Below, one piece after another: positions 1 to 8,299 of a DNA stretch of 27,711 bases (its first letter is position 1; the number at the start of each line of letters is the position of its first letter). This stretch comes from a virus (lineage: Duplodnaviria; Caudoviricetes). The notes beneath the pieces are model-generated. The model did not search any database. It was not told where the DNA came from and saw only the letters and a program-made list of their open reading frames with translations. Made by a program: the position numbers and the translations under genes. The DNA is taken from the IMG/VR virus record IMGVR_UViG_3300011335_000269, positions 1-27,711 of that record; one strand, 5' to 3'.

Positions 1-889
1 CTTCTGATTGCAAAAATCTTGGCTTGGCTCCATAGGTGGCAGCTTGTGAACCGCCAATACTTTTGATGAGGTCGGCTTGGTTCTTGAGCATTGTCGATGG
101 ATAATTGCGCTGATCCAAATACTGGTGGTACTGTGCATTAAGCGCAGCCTGCTCCTGAGCCTGCTGAGTATTGCCAGCCGTTGCCAGGGCTTGCAGATTT
201 TGCAATCCATACTGAGCTTGCTGGGCGCCAATATTCCCTGCTGCTTGGTTGGCAGATGTAGCAGCCGTTAAGCCTTTTAATCCCAGATCAGATCCATACT
301 GGGCTTCTTGTATTTTGCGAGCTTGATCGGCGTTGAACTGAGCCATAGCCTTATCGTAAGCAGCGTTGTACCCTTGGCCGGTAATGTTGGCCAAGTTTGT
401 ACCCAAAGCTCGTTGAGTTTCTGTATCCATCAATGCTTGTCTGGATCCACCAAAAGCACCTTGCGAAGTAGCTTTGGCCGCATTGCCTTGTTGGGTTATC
501 AATGCTTGGCGCCGGGCCTCTTCCAGTTGAGGATTAAGGGACGCCTGCAAATATGGGTTCATGTACTGCTGGGCATACTGGGCAGTAAAGTCTGATCCCG
601 CAGGGGTATAAGACACTCCTTGAGCCTTCTGGCCAACATCGAGCAAATTCTGCCCAGCCGTTGTCATTGTCGATGGCAGCGTTAGGTTTGACAATCCCTT
701 CCAGGCTTGATTCTGAATGTCAGAAGTGCCAGCGGTCAATTGCCCTTGGTATTGCGGCATGGGCGCATTTAAAAGCGCCTGCCCTTTACCAAGAACATCA
801 TTGACAAATGGCTTTGAATAGTCTGATGGGCCTGTGACGTTGGCTGTAGACGGAACGTCTGTTAAGCCTGAAGAAGATAAAAGTGCCAT
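1..889 (-). CDS. DNA transfer/ejection (internal virion) protein, runs off the left edge; not in the ORF track
   Basis: ATG at 889 preceded by AAGGA; open to the window edge; hand translation MALLSSSGLTDVPSTANVTGPSDYSKPFV...QQYMNPYLQASL...GAFGGSRQALMD..., Gln/Ala-rich; position after tail genes fits ejection proteins. Confidence 0.75.
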   Translation of the reverse strand, partial: MALLSSSGLTDVPSTANVTGPSDYSKPFVNDVLGKGQALLNAPMPQYQGQLTAGTSDIQNQAWKGLSNLTLPSTMTTAGQNLLDVGQKAQGVSYTPAGSDFTAQYAQQYMNPYLQASLNPQLEEARRQALITQQGNAAKATSQGAFGGSRQALMDTETQRALGTNLANITGQGYNAAYDKAMAQFNADQARKIQEAQYGSDLGLKGLTAATSANQAAGNIGAQQAQYGLQNLQALATAGNTQQAQEQAALNAQYHQYLDQRNYPSTMLKNQADLIKSIGGSQAATYGAKPRFLQSE

Positions 890-898
890 GGTCTTTCC

Positions 899-2737
899 TT
901 ATGAGGGAATAAATTTATTTGGATTGATCTGTCTGCCTTGTTTGGCATTCCCAGTGCGAGCGCGTCGGACCTTGTCCATCATTTTGTAAAGAACATTGGC
1001 GCCAGCTTCGGTTGAGCCATTACCAAGGTGAGACACAACATCTGCCGGAATTACAAACTCACCGTCTGCCAATCTGGCCGGTTGCTTTTTGCCAATCATC
1101 GCGGGAATGTTGTCCGACATGCCGTCGCCAGGGCCTTTAAGCAATCTTCCGCCATCAGAATAACCGCCCAAAGTAGAAATACCACCGCGAGCTAACGACA
1201 TCAAACCACCATTGGCAGCATAAGTAGGATTGAGTTGAGACTCTCCATATGCCACGCCATTTTCTGGATTTGTTGGCGTCATTTGATCCCAACTAAAGAA
1301 CTGCTCTGGCACAGGTTCAGATGTAACAGGGTTGCCGTTCTCATCCAATAAAGATGAGATCGCTAAACCAGCTCCGCCGTATAGTGCTGCATTTTGCAAT
1401 AAAGGCATGATTGATTTATTGCGAGTGGTTTGTGCGGCTTGTTGAGCGTTAATGTTTGTCGGGATAAGTGACTTAAAAATCTGGCCAATAGATTTTTGCC
1501 GCGCAGCAATAGGATCAGGACTTAAATACGCCAAAGGATCTTCTTCCATTGGAGCGGCTGGCGAAATTGAGTCCGGGTCAATGCCAATTGATTCATAGTA
1601 ATCCCGCATGAACTGCTCGTCATATGCCTGAGAGTAAATCTCCAAAGGATCGTCTGTCATTGCAGACGCTTTTGTGATGGACTCAGGGTCTAAGCCAATT
1701 GACTGGTAAAAGTCGTTAAGCGCAGTATTGTCGAACCCTTGATCTGCTGCCGGAGTTTCTTTAGCGGGCTCTTCTGGCCCAGGAGTTTCTGCGGCTGGGG
1801 TTTCTGGAGTTGGTAGCTGTGGAACCGTATTGCTTGTAGTTGGAGAAAAAAGATCCTGAGTAGTAATTGATCCAGGCGCTGCCACTGGTGTAGTTTCCGT
1901 TGAACTATATGGCGCAAGATCCTCGGCAACTATTGATCCAGGCGTGGTGATTGGCGTACTTTCAGCCCCGGCGTCAGTTGGGAATAGTTGGTTGTTTAAT
2001 TCGTCTGTAGTTGTTGCTGGTGTATCGGGAAGAGTCTCTGTATCAAGATTAGGGTAGTCTTTTAGAATTTCTTCATAAGTTGGCCCGTCTGATTTAAGCG
2101 CTTTATTGGCCGCGTCAATACCATCAGCAATTGCTTGATTGATAACTGCCTGGGTGGCGTCCTTTCCTTGCAAAGTTGCAGAGATTGCAGAAACAGCAGC
2201 GCTCTTCTGACTTTTGGATAGATCATCAAAACCAGGGATTTGCCTGGCAATAGCGCCAGCCGTAGACATAGAGGCGCTAGACACCAAAGCCTGTGTTGGG
2301 TCTTGACCAGTAGCTACAGCCGCCGCCACATTGGCTGTTGCACTTGTTGCTGCACTGGCCAATGCAGGGCTCTCAGAGAATGTGCTGGCCATTTCGGGCT
2401 TGACATAATCACCAACACCTTCTGCAACACCCTGTGCAACATAGGTTAAAGCCGCGCTTTTCAGAGCTTGTTCTGGTGAAGCTCCATGAGCTAAAGCAAC
2501 TGCCGCATTGGTTGCTGGTAACAAATATGGCGCATATACAGCCGTTGCAACTTTAGCCGCCGTTCCAATTGGATCGTCTAGCGCAGCCTGTACAGTCTTC
2601 TCCACCGTTTTTGCAACTGGCTGAATAATTTCCTTGTTGACAAAGTTGCCAACATCTTCAACAGCGTTGCCAACGGCATTACCTATAGCCTCAACCGCTT
2701 TAAATGGAGCTTCAACTATTTTTGCTACTGCACCCAT
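899..2737 (-). CDS. Putative internal virion/ejection protein (612 aa), N-terminal Gly and amphipathic helix
   Basis: MGAVAKIVEAPFKAVEAIGNAVGNAV..., Ala-rich helices, acidic Pro/Thr linker, C-terminal GPGDGMSDNIPA...LADGEFVIPADVV motif of the kind seen in phage ejection/tape-measure proteins. Confidence 0.65.
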   Translation of the reverse strand: MGAVAKIVEAPFKAVEAIGNAVGNAVEDVGNFVNKEIIQPVAKTVEKTVQAALDDPIGTAAKVATAVYAPYLLPATNAAVALAHGASPEQALKSAALTYVAQGVAEGVGDYVKPEMASTFSESPALASAATSATANVAAAVATGQDPTQALVSSASMSTAGAIARQIPGFDDLSKSQKSAAVSAISATLQGKDATQAVINQAIADGIDAANKALKSDGPTYEEILKDYPNLDTETLPDTPATTTDELNNQLFPTDAGAESTPITTPGSIVAEDLAPYSSTETTPVAAPGSITTQDLFSPTTSNTVPQLPTPETPAAETPGPEEPAKETPAADQGFDNTALNDFYQSIGLDPESITKASAMTDDPLEIYSQAYDEQFMRDYYESIGIDPDSISPAAPMEEDPLAYLSPDPIAARQKSIGQIFKSLIPTNINAQQAAQTTRNKSIMPLLQNAALYGGAGLAISSLLDENGNPVTSEPVPEQFFSWDQMTPTNPENGVAYGESQLNPTYAANGGLMSLARGGISTLGGYSDGGRLLKGPGDGMSDNIPAMIGKKQPARLADGEFVIPADVVSHLGNGSTEAGANVLYKMMDKVRRARTGNAKQGRQINPNKFIPS

Positions 2738-2740
2738 ATG

Positions 2741-3175
2741 TCACCCTAGATTTAAAACAATTCTGTTTACGCTAGGTGAAACCTTGTATTCCTGAAACCC
2801 CATATTTGGCATAGGAGGTTTTTTGGAAATAGCGTGAAACAAAGTGCTGATTGCGGGATCTTCAAATTCTGTAACCAGGACTTTTATGCCCTGTTTTTGT
2901 TTGGCATACACCACATATTGACGGCTGCTTTCAACAAAGTTTCGAGCAACATCTGCATTCAGTGCTTTAAAAAATGCTTGGCCGTTTTTTGCCTTGTGCA
3001 TAATAAACAGAGTGTTACCCATAATCTTGACGTCGGTATTAGGTTGCCCTAGTTCCGCCACAACCCCTGTGAAAGCGGCTTGTGTAGGAAGTTTAGAGCG
3101 AGTGTTTTCTAGCGCAGTCATAATGATTTCTGCGCTGTTAAGCTGCTTTTGCTTGCTGTCTACCATTCCCGCCAT
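2741..3175 (-). CDS. Hypothetical protein, possible divergent GNAT-like acyltransferase (144 aa)
   Basis: Coupled to both neighbours (1-nt and 3-nt gaps); predicted helix/strand pattern and ...YAKQKQGIKVLVTE...LF...MGF resemble the GNAT C-terminal half; fold is inference only. Confidence 0.45.
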   Translation of the reverse strand: MAGMVDSKQKQLNSAEIIMTALENTRSKLPTQAAFTGVVAELGQPNTDVKIMGNTLFIMHKAKNGQAFFKALNADVARNFVESSRQYVVYAKQKQGIKVLVTEFEDPAISTLFHAISKKPPMPNMGFQEYKVSPSVNRIVLNLG

Positions 3176-3176
3176 G

Positions 3177-4295
3177 TCAAATCTCCAACGACAGAAGTGC
3201 TGCCGAATATACGTTGCCCATACCAGCCGCCAAGCTGAGTATCAAACCACCAGGGTCTGATGCATCATGGGATAAGAATTGAGTGTCATGTGTTGTGCGG
3301 TTTTCAATCTTGGGCACAACGCCACGTTTGAGGTCGTCTAGCAGCAAACATGTCTCGAGCAGCCCGCTGGCGCCCATAGTATGGCCGATTTTAGCCTTGT
3401 ATGACGTTGCGACAAAGTCTTTTAACGTCGACAGCAAAGCAGCCTTCTCGGCTTTGTTGTTACTAAGCGTACCAGTTCCATGGGTTTTGACAAGTCTTAT
3501 CCGGCTGGCGCGTTCTTTGGCTACGGTCAAAGCACCTTCAATTGCGCGCGCAAACCCCTGGCCATCTTCCCGCTGACCTATGGCATTGGGACATTCTTCG
3601 CTGGCTGTATAGGCGCCGCGCAATGATGCAGCCGGGTAGTTGCTTTTGTTGGCAAAGACAACTTTAGGAGAGTCAAACACCGCCAAGACTGCACCTTGGC
3701 CAACATAGAAGCCGTGGTTTTTTTCATCAAACGCAGACGGCAAAACCCCATCCTGCTCGTCTTTCAAGGTTAAGGACGCCTTAGCCTCGCCAAAGAACTC
3801 CAGCACCGAATTGGATACCGCATCTTCTACAGACAGAACAATGACCCGATCAAACCCGTACATCATTATCAGGGTCTGGACATCCATCAATGCCTTTAGG
3901 CTGGACGCACAAGCTGTTGCGTCGGTCACGATATGGTCTGTGGCACCCAGGGCTTGAGCTGTCCGGCCAGCATACACCTGAGTTAGAGTGAATGGCAGGA
4001 ACTTGTATTCGTAGGAAAGTTGGGTTGGGCCTTTGGCTCGAGGGTTGATGCCAGCAAAGTGGGAATTGCCAGAAGCAAGAATAAATGCAGTCCTACCAAC
4101 TTTGTTCTCCCGCAGCTGTGTCACCAACTCTGGGTCTAACACCTTCTCGGCCACACGGTGAGGCGGGTAAAACATTCCAGTTGATGCCCGTTTATAGGTG
4201 TCTGGAAACCAATGAACCTTTTGGGGATAGGTAATATCTTCCATCAGCTCAACATGGCTGGAGTAGGCGGTTCGGTAGTCGGTAAGGTAAATCAT
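3177..4295 (-). CDS. Beta-ketoacyl-ACP synthase-like protein (FabB/FabF thiolase fold), 372 aa
   Basis: TACASS (Cys codon 3909-3911), KTHGTGT (His 3480-3482), KAKIGHTMGASG (His 3381-3383), GFYVGQGA; start moved to ATG 4295, which overlaps the ACP stop (ATGA). Confidence 0.9.
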   Translation of the reverse strand: MIYLTDYRTAYSSHVELMEDITYPQKVHWFPDTYKRASTGMFYPPHRVAEKVLDPELVTQLRENKVGRTAFILASGNSHFAGINPRAKGPTQLSYEYKFLPFTLTQVYAGRTAQALGATDHIVTDATACASSLKALMDVQTLIMMYGFDRVIVLSVEDAVSNSVLEFFGEAKASLTLKDEQDGVLPSAFDEKNHGFYVGQGAVLAVFDSPKVVFANKSNYPAASLRGAYTASEECPNAIGQREDGQGFARAIEGALTVAKERASRIRLVKTHGTGTLSNNKAEKAALLSTLKDFVATSYKAKIGHTMGASGLLETCLLLDDLKRGVVPKIENRTTHDTQFLSHDASDPGGLILSLAAGMGNVYSAALLSLEI

Positions 4296-4573
4296 TTGAT
4301 GAGCTCCATCGCCCACTCCATGGATTCAGGATCGCGCTTTTTGTGCAGCTGGACCAAATCATACATTTCCTGGACTGTCTCAGGGTTTAGCTCTTTGGCT
4401 ATCTCATCGTCAATGTCATAGATTTCAGACATGTACATGCCGATCATCAGCATATCCAGGGAGTCAAAGCAGGATTCTTCAAACCGCTCTTCCATGGATT
4501 CAATAGGCACAAACTGATGGTGGGATGGGCGGGCAACTCTGCCAACTTTGTTAATGAGTTCTATAAAGTTCAT
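4292..4573 (-). CDS. Acyl carrier protein (93 aa)
   Basis: Small, acidic; FDSLDMLMI phosphopantetheine-site motif (Ser codon 4460-4462), followed by EIYDIDDE...PETVQEMYDLV typical of ACP helices III/IV; adjacent to the ketosynthase. Confidence 0.85.
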   Translation of the reverse strand: MNFIELINKVGRVARPSHHQFVPIESMEERFEESCFDSLDMLMIGMYMSEIYDIDDEIAKELNPETVQEMYDLVQLHKKRDPESMEWAMELIK

Positions 4574-5202
4574 GGTAATGCTGAAACAAAAGACATTGTG
4601 GCTACCACAGACTGGGTAGACGGCTTGGTTGGCGTACCGGAAGCGGCAAGGTGTTGGATGCTTACAGCAACGCTAGGAACAGACCAATAGATCTCAATGT
4701 AATCGTTTGCCGCCATACTTAAAAAATAGTTCCAACCAACAATTGAATGCCCGTCTGTTCCAGCATGTCTGCTTGGAATAGATACGAATCCGGTTGATCC
4801 AGTAATGTCTGTACCGTTCTGCTTTAACCAGATGTAAACATCTTGGAAAGCAGTATCTGTGTTTGTAAACTGTGTGCTGAACTGTAAGTTATAGATACCA
4901 GCAGTCTCCACCGTGATCTTTGACGAACTGATTGACACATCATTGGCAAAGTCCGTGGTGTTCAACGTCATTAGCGTAGCAGTGTTTGCAGTAGCGGTTT
5001 GGTCTTGGTCGCTAGAAAACGCTCCATATGGAACTGATAGAGTTTGTAATTGACTAATTAGCGTATTAAGCCTATTAAAATACAGGCGCAGAACGTTGCT
5101 TAACTGATCCTGGTAGATGCGGCTGTATTCCTCTGCGGCTTGCGGTAATGCAGGAGGAGCAATGCGTTGAAGCTCTGATGTTGTAGTGACAAGCAAAGTC
5201 AT
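4570..5202 (-). CDS. Tail needle/spike-like protein with C1q/TNF-like C-terminal domain
   Basis: N-terminal helical segment PPALPQAAEEY...LRLYFNRL, then GIYNLQFSTQF, VYIWLKQNG, ANDYIEIYW beta-sandwich motifs; follows the nozzle gene. Confidence 0.55.
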   Translation of the reverse strand: MTLLVTTTSELQRIAPPALPQAAEEYSRIYQDQLSNVLRLYFNRLNTLISQLQTLSVPYGAFSSDQDQTATANTATLMTLNTTDFANDVSISSSKITVETAGIYNLQFSTQFTNTDTAFQDVYIWLKQNGTDITGSTGFVSIPSRHAGTDGHSIVGWNYFLSMAANDYIEIYWSVPSVAVSIQHLAASGTPTKPSTQSVVATMSFVSALP

Positions 5203-7286
5203 CAGCGTCTTCCGTCAGGTCGGATATCTATACGAGGAGATCCTAGCTGCCATTGCACACCAAGGGCTGTTGATTCAACCTTAATGGACAATTGACGGCC
5301 ACGAATTCTTGTGTTGATTTGACCGGTAAATTCTTCAATTGGAAGCGCAGTGGTGCGAATAACTGCCGAGTTGCTTATTCCGCCAACAGATGCTGGATTG
5401 TTGTAGCCGGAGCCAGAATTTTGCAACGGCTGCAAATACATGGTGACTTGTGGATTGTCTGCGGTAGAGCCTTCAAACGTAATGTCTGGCAATACGCGCC
5501 ACACAAACATAACGTTGTGACCATCTTCCAAATCAAATTGGGCTGACGTAATGTACGCCTCAATTGGCAATGTAGTCCCAGTTTCTTTATCGTCAACACC
5601 AAATTCTTGATTGACCAAATTGTAAGAATAGGTTGCAGCAACTGGATAATTTTGTAAACCCGTGTCTAGCCACGCAGTTCTGCCCAGTGTTCCGTACATC
5701 CAAATATTTTCAATATAGTTATAAATAACATATCTATCAATTACATTTGAATCTAAGGAGCAGTAAAACCACCAGACTTCGTTAAACCCCTCATTGGTGC
5801 CTGAAAATATTTGCTTATGCTGCAAATTATTAAGGTCAGAAAAAATATAACGGCGCAAGTTGCAATCAAGCGTTTGAACTCGACCATCATATTTGTAAAA
5901 TTTATCTACGCCCATCCAGTAGGTTACGCCACTGGCATACGAAACAGCGTTCTGACTAATGATTGAAACGTTTTCTGCCAAGATCTGAGAAGACCAAACA
6001 ATTGGCGCTCCCACATATTGGAAAGAATACAAAGCCACATTAGTAAAAATTAAAATCTCTTGGCGAGCTTGTAAGGCCGTAATGATTTCAGAGCCGCGAG
6101 ATAAGCGCAAAGATCCCGCTTGATTTGTTGCAGCTGGTGTCCAGTTAACTGGGTCTTCTTGGTCAGACCATCGAATTAGCATTGGGTCAACCGCAGTTGC
6201 GCCAAGCTCATTGGTTCCAAAGCAAAGTATGAAACGGCTTGCATCTGATACAAGAAAATAATTCTGGATCAAAGGAACATTGCTCGCGCCATTTAAAGAA
6301 GAAAGCAAAACCCCTCTTGGTGATATTGCGTGAACCCCAGACTGAGAGACAGAACTGTTTATCAGTGCGCCCGTTGGGGTTGCTGACAAATTAAATGTAG
6401 TAGCCGATACATAGCGCGTGTAATAGGTTGTGCCAACTAACAATCCTGTTGGCAGCGCCCCTGTGGTTTGAAAAATAATTGGCGTTAAATCTGGGATAGT
6501 TAATGTGGATGTAACAACGCAAGGAGATGCAATTGTCATGGTAACGGTAGATGGTTGGTATCCTATAACAGCTTTCCAATAATATAGTGGGGCGCTTCTT
6601 GGCCCGTAAATTAAATCTTGTCCAAAATTGGATTGGTTCCAAATGCGCAAAGAGTCTCCGGATAGAGGTGGAATGGTGCTGCCCCAAGTTCCAGAACTCC
6701 AGACACCCGACCCCCATCCTGTTACAGGCAATTCAAAACTTGGGCCAATGTTAACTTGATATACAGCGTAGACGGTTCCTCCGCCTGTTGCAGTGGATGA
6801 GGCGGCTGATGCGGCAGTAATTGTGTAAGTTGTAGCGGAAATAACCGTTATTTGGTACTCTCCAGAAATAGTCAACCCACCAACTGCGGTTGCGCCTGTG
6901 TAGGTTACAAAGTCTCCATTTAAATATCCACCAGTAGCATCTGTTACCGTTACCGTGGTAAGACCAATTGAGGTGGCAAATGGATTGGTAAGCGTATGAA
7001 CTGTTTGGGTTGGGGTTATATCGTAATAATTTCCGCCATTTTGTATATAGAACTTTAAATTTGTACCAACACCAATTAGGTTTTCAAATGTTAAGGTAAC
7101 CCAGCTCCACAGAGAACGGCAAACACCCAAAAAGGTTGACGAAGAAATGCGCTGCCACCCACCAATTTTTTCAGGTGTGCCTTGGCGAAAGCGAACCTTG
7201 TCCGACTCATACCAACCGCCCTCGTTGGTATACCGCGTGTTTTCACGATTTACACCAGACTTGAGAAGTATCTTTTTTAAGGCCAT
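5202..7286 (-). CDS. Tail hub/nozzle (P22 gp10 / T7 gp12-like) protein, 694 aa
   Basis: Beta-rich; GWYESDKVRF, IRWSDQEDP, FNEVWWFY, C-terminal RIDIRPDGRR; size and position before needle and ejection genes. Confidence 0.7.
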   Translation of the reverse strand: MALKKILLKSGVNRENTRYTNEGGWYESDKVRFRQGTPEKIGGWQRISSSTFLGVCRSLWSWVTLTFENLIGVGTNLKFYIQNGGNYYDITPTQTVHTLTNPFATSIGLTTVTVTDATGGYLNGDFVTYTGATAVGGLTISGEYQITVISATTYTITAASAASSTATGGGTVYAVYQVNIGPSFELPVTGWGSGVWSSGTWGSTIPPLSGDSLRIWNQSNFGQDLIYGPRSAPLYYWKAVIGYQPSTVTMTIASPCVVTSTLTIPDLTPIIFQTTGALPTGLLVGTTYYTRYVSATTFNLSATPTGALINSSVSQSGVHAISPRGVLLSSLNGASNVPLIQNYFLVSDASRFILCFGTNELGATAVDPMLIRWSDQEDPVNWTPAATNQAGSLRLSRGSEIITALQARQEILIFTNVALYSFQYVGAPIVWSSQILAENVSIISQNAVSYASGVTYWMGVDKFYKYDGRVQTLDCNLRRYIFSDLNNLQHKQIFSGTNEGFNEVWWFYCSLDSNVIDRYVIYNYIENIWMYGTLGRTAWLDTGLQNYPVAATYSYNLVNQEFGVDDKETGTTLPIEAYITSAQFDLEDGHNVMFVWRVLPDITFEGSTADNPQVTMYLQPLQNSGSGYNNPASVGGISNSAVIRTTALPIEEFTGQINTRIRGRQLSIKVESTALGVQWQLGSPRIDIRPDGRR

Positions 7287-7288
7287 GA

Positions 7289-7630
7289 TTAACCTACGTT
7301 ACGCTCAAAATGAGGGCAGTCTACAAGAGACTTGAAGTTGCCGCCCCAACGGTTCTTTGAATGCAGCGTTTCCCAATACGCGCCCAACGGCGCAAGGATT
7401 GCTTTATCCCAAATGATTTTTCCGTCCTTGAAAAAATTAAAATCTATGGCGCACCGCTTTAGATGGATGGAATTCATTGTCTTGGAACGCCCCGTCTTAA
7501 AATAAATAGCTTGCTGTTCGGGAGTGCGGGCAAGTTCCCCACCGGTCACCACAAACCCCTGGTCTGTAGCGTACTGGATTAGCTTGCACATGTCCAGCAA
7601 AAATGCGGCCTGTTCGTTACTTAAGCTCAT
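7289..7630 (-). CDS. Endolysin, peptidase M15 family (L-Ala-D-Glu peptidase-like)
   Basis: RTPEQQ, S-x-H...AID, WGGNF...DCPHFE zinc-peptidase motifs; downstream of holin. Confidence 0.88.
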   Translation of the reverse strand: MSLSNEQAAFLLDMCKLIQYATDQGFVVTGGELARTPEQQAIYFKTGRSKTMNSIHLKRCAIDFNFFKDGKIIWDKAILAPLGAYWETLHSKNRWGGNFKSLVDCPHFERNVG

Positions 7631-8139
7631 TTTTTGCCTTTCATTTCGGCTAATTTCTCAATGGTTCTGCCGCCAAAGTATGCGCCCATGATGAGCATAC
7701 CCCACTGCCCAAGCAAGGATACATAAGACTCGTTGGCGTTATAGCCAAAGGCGGACATCATGGCAAATAGGAAATACCCAGAAAAAATAGCGATCAGGCT
7801 CATGGGGCGAATGTTCTTGGACAACCAAGAATCACTGTTCATATCCGACTTCCAGCGGTCTGTAACGTTGTTATCCTCGTTTTTGGAGGCATCTGCAAAC
7901 AGTTGCAACTCGGCCAACTCCATCTTGGCCTTTTCAATACCTAGCTCAAGCAAGCGTTCTTCATGTTCAAACTGAAGCTGGCGCAGTTTGCTGACATCTT
8001 CTGCGGTTGGGTTGTCAGGAATCTTTACGCCAAGTGTGTTCTCTACCACCTCTTTGCCCTTGGCTTGGATGGCAGAAGACAGTAAACCCAGCCCGTTTTG
8101 GGCAAGGCTGCTAAGGAGGGATGCGACTATTGGAATCAT
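7627..8139 (-). CDS. Holin, 3-TM GTA-type family (170 aa)
   Basis: RWKSDMNSDSWLSKNIRP motif, hydrophobic segments, AYFGGRT, basic C-terminus; start moved to ATG 8139 after GAGG. Confidence 0.78.
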   Translation of the reverse strand: MIPIVASLLSSLAQNGLGLLSSAIQAKGKEVVENTLGVKIPDNPTAEDVSKLRQLQFEHEERLLELGIEKAKMELAELQLFADASKNEDNNVTDRWKSDMNSDSWLSKNIRPMSLIAIFSGYFLFAMMSAFGYNANESYVSLLGQWGMLIMGAYFGGRTIEKLAEMKGKK

Positions 8140-8299
8140 TTTTTTCCTCACGTTCTTTCTGTTCAAGATTACGCCTAAGTTTTTCTACTTTCTCTACTTG
8201 CGTTTTAACCTCTCTTTTGGCTTCCAAAATGTCCATGTACAACAGGCCCATAATAGGCAAAAGAAAAGCAATCAAAAAACACGCAGCAACCCAGCCCAT
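8111..8299 (-). CDS. Small membrane protein with N-terminal TM and coiled coil (62 aa), lysis accessory/inner-spanin-like
   Basis: ATG 8299 overlaps the upstream TAA (TAATG); MGWVAACFLIAFLLPIMGLLY then a charged helix; the track start at 8422 is an alternative. Confidence 0.55.
   Translation of the reverse strand: MGWVAACFLIAFLLPIMGLLYMDILEAKREVKTQVEKVEKLRRNLEQKEREEKNDSNSRIPP

Noticed and set aside
3177-4573. ACP/KS as a host chromosomal fab or PKS fragment or assembly chimera
   Set aside because: The ACP start and ACP-KS junction are ATGA overlaps and the KS stop is 1 nt from the next start, all within the phage operon; no fabG/fabD or other host genes accompany them. A generic auxiliary metabolic role is not excluded but fits the location poorly
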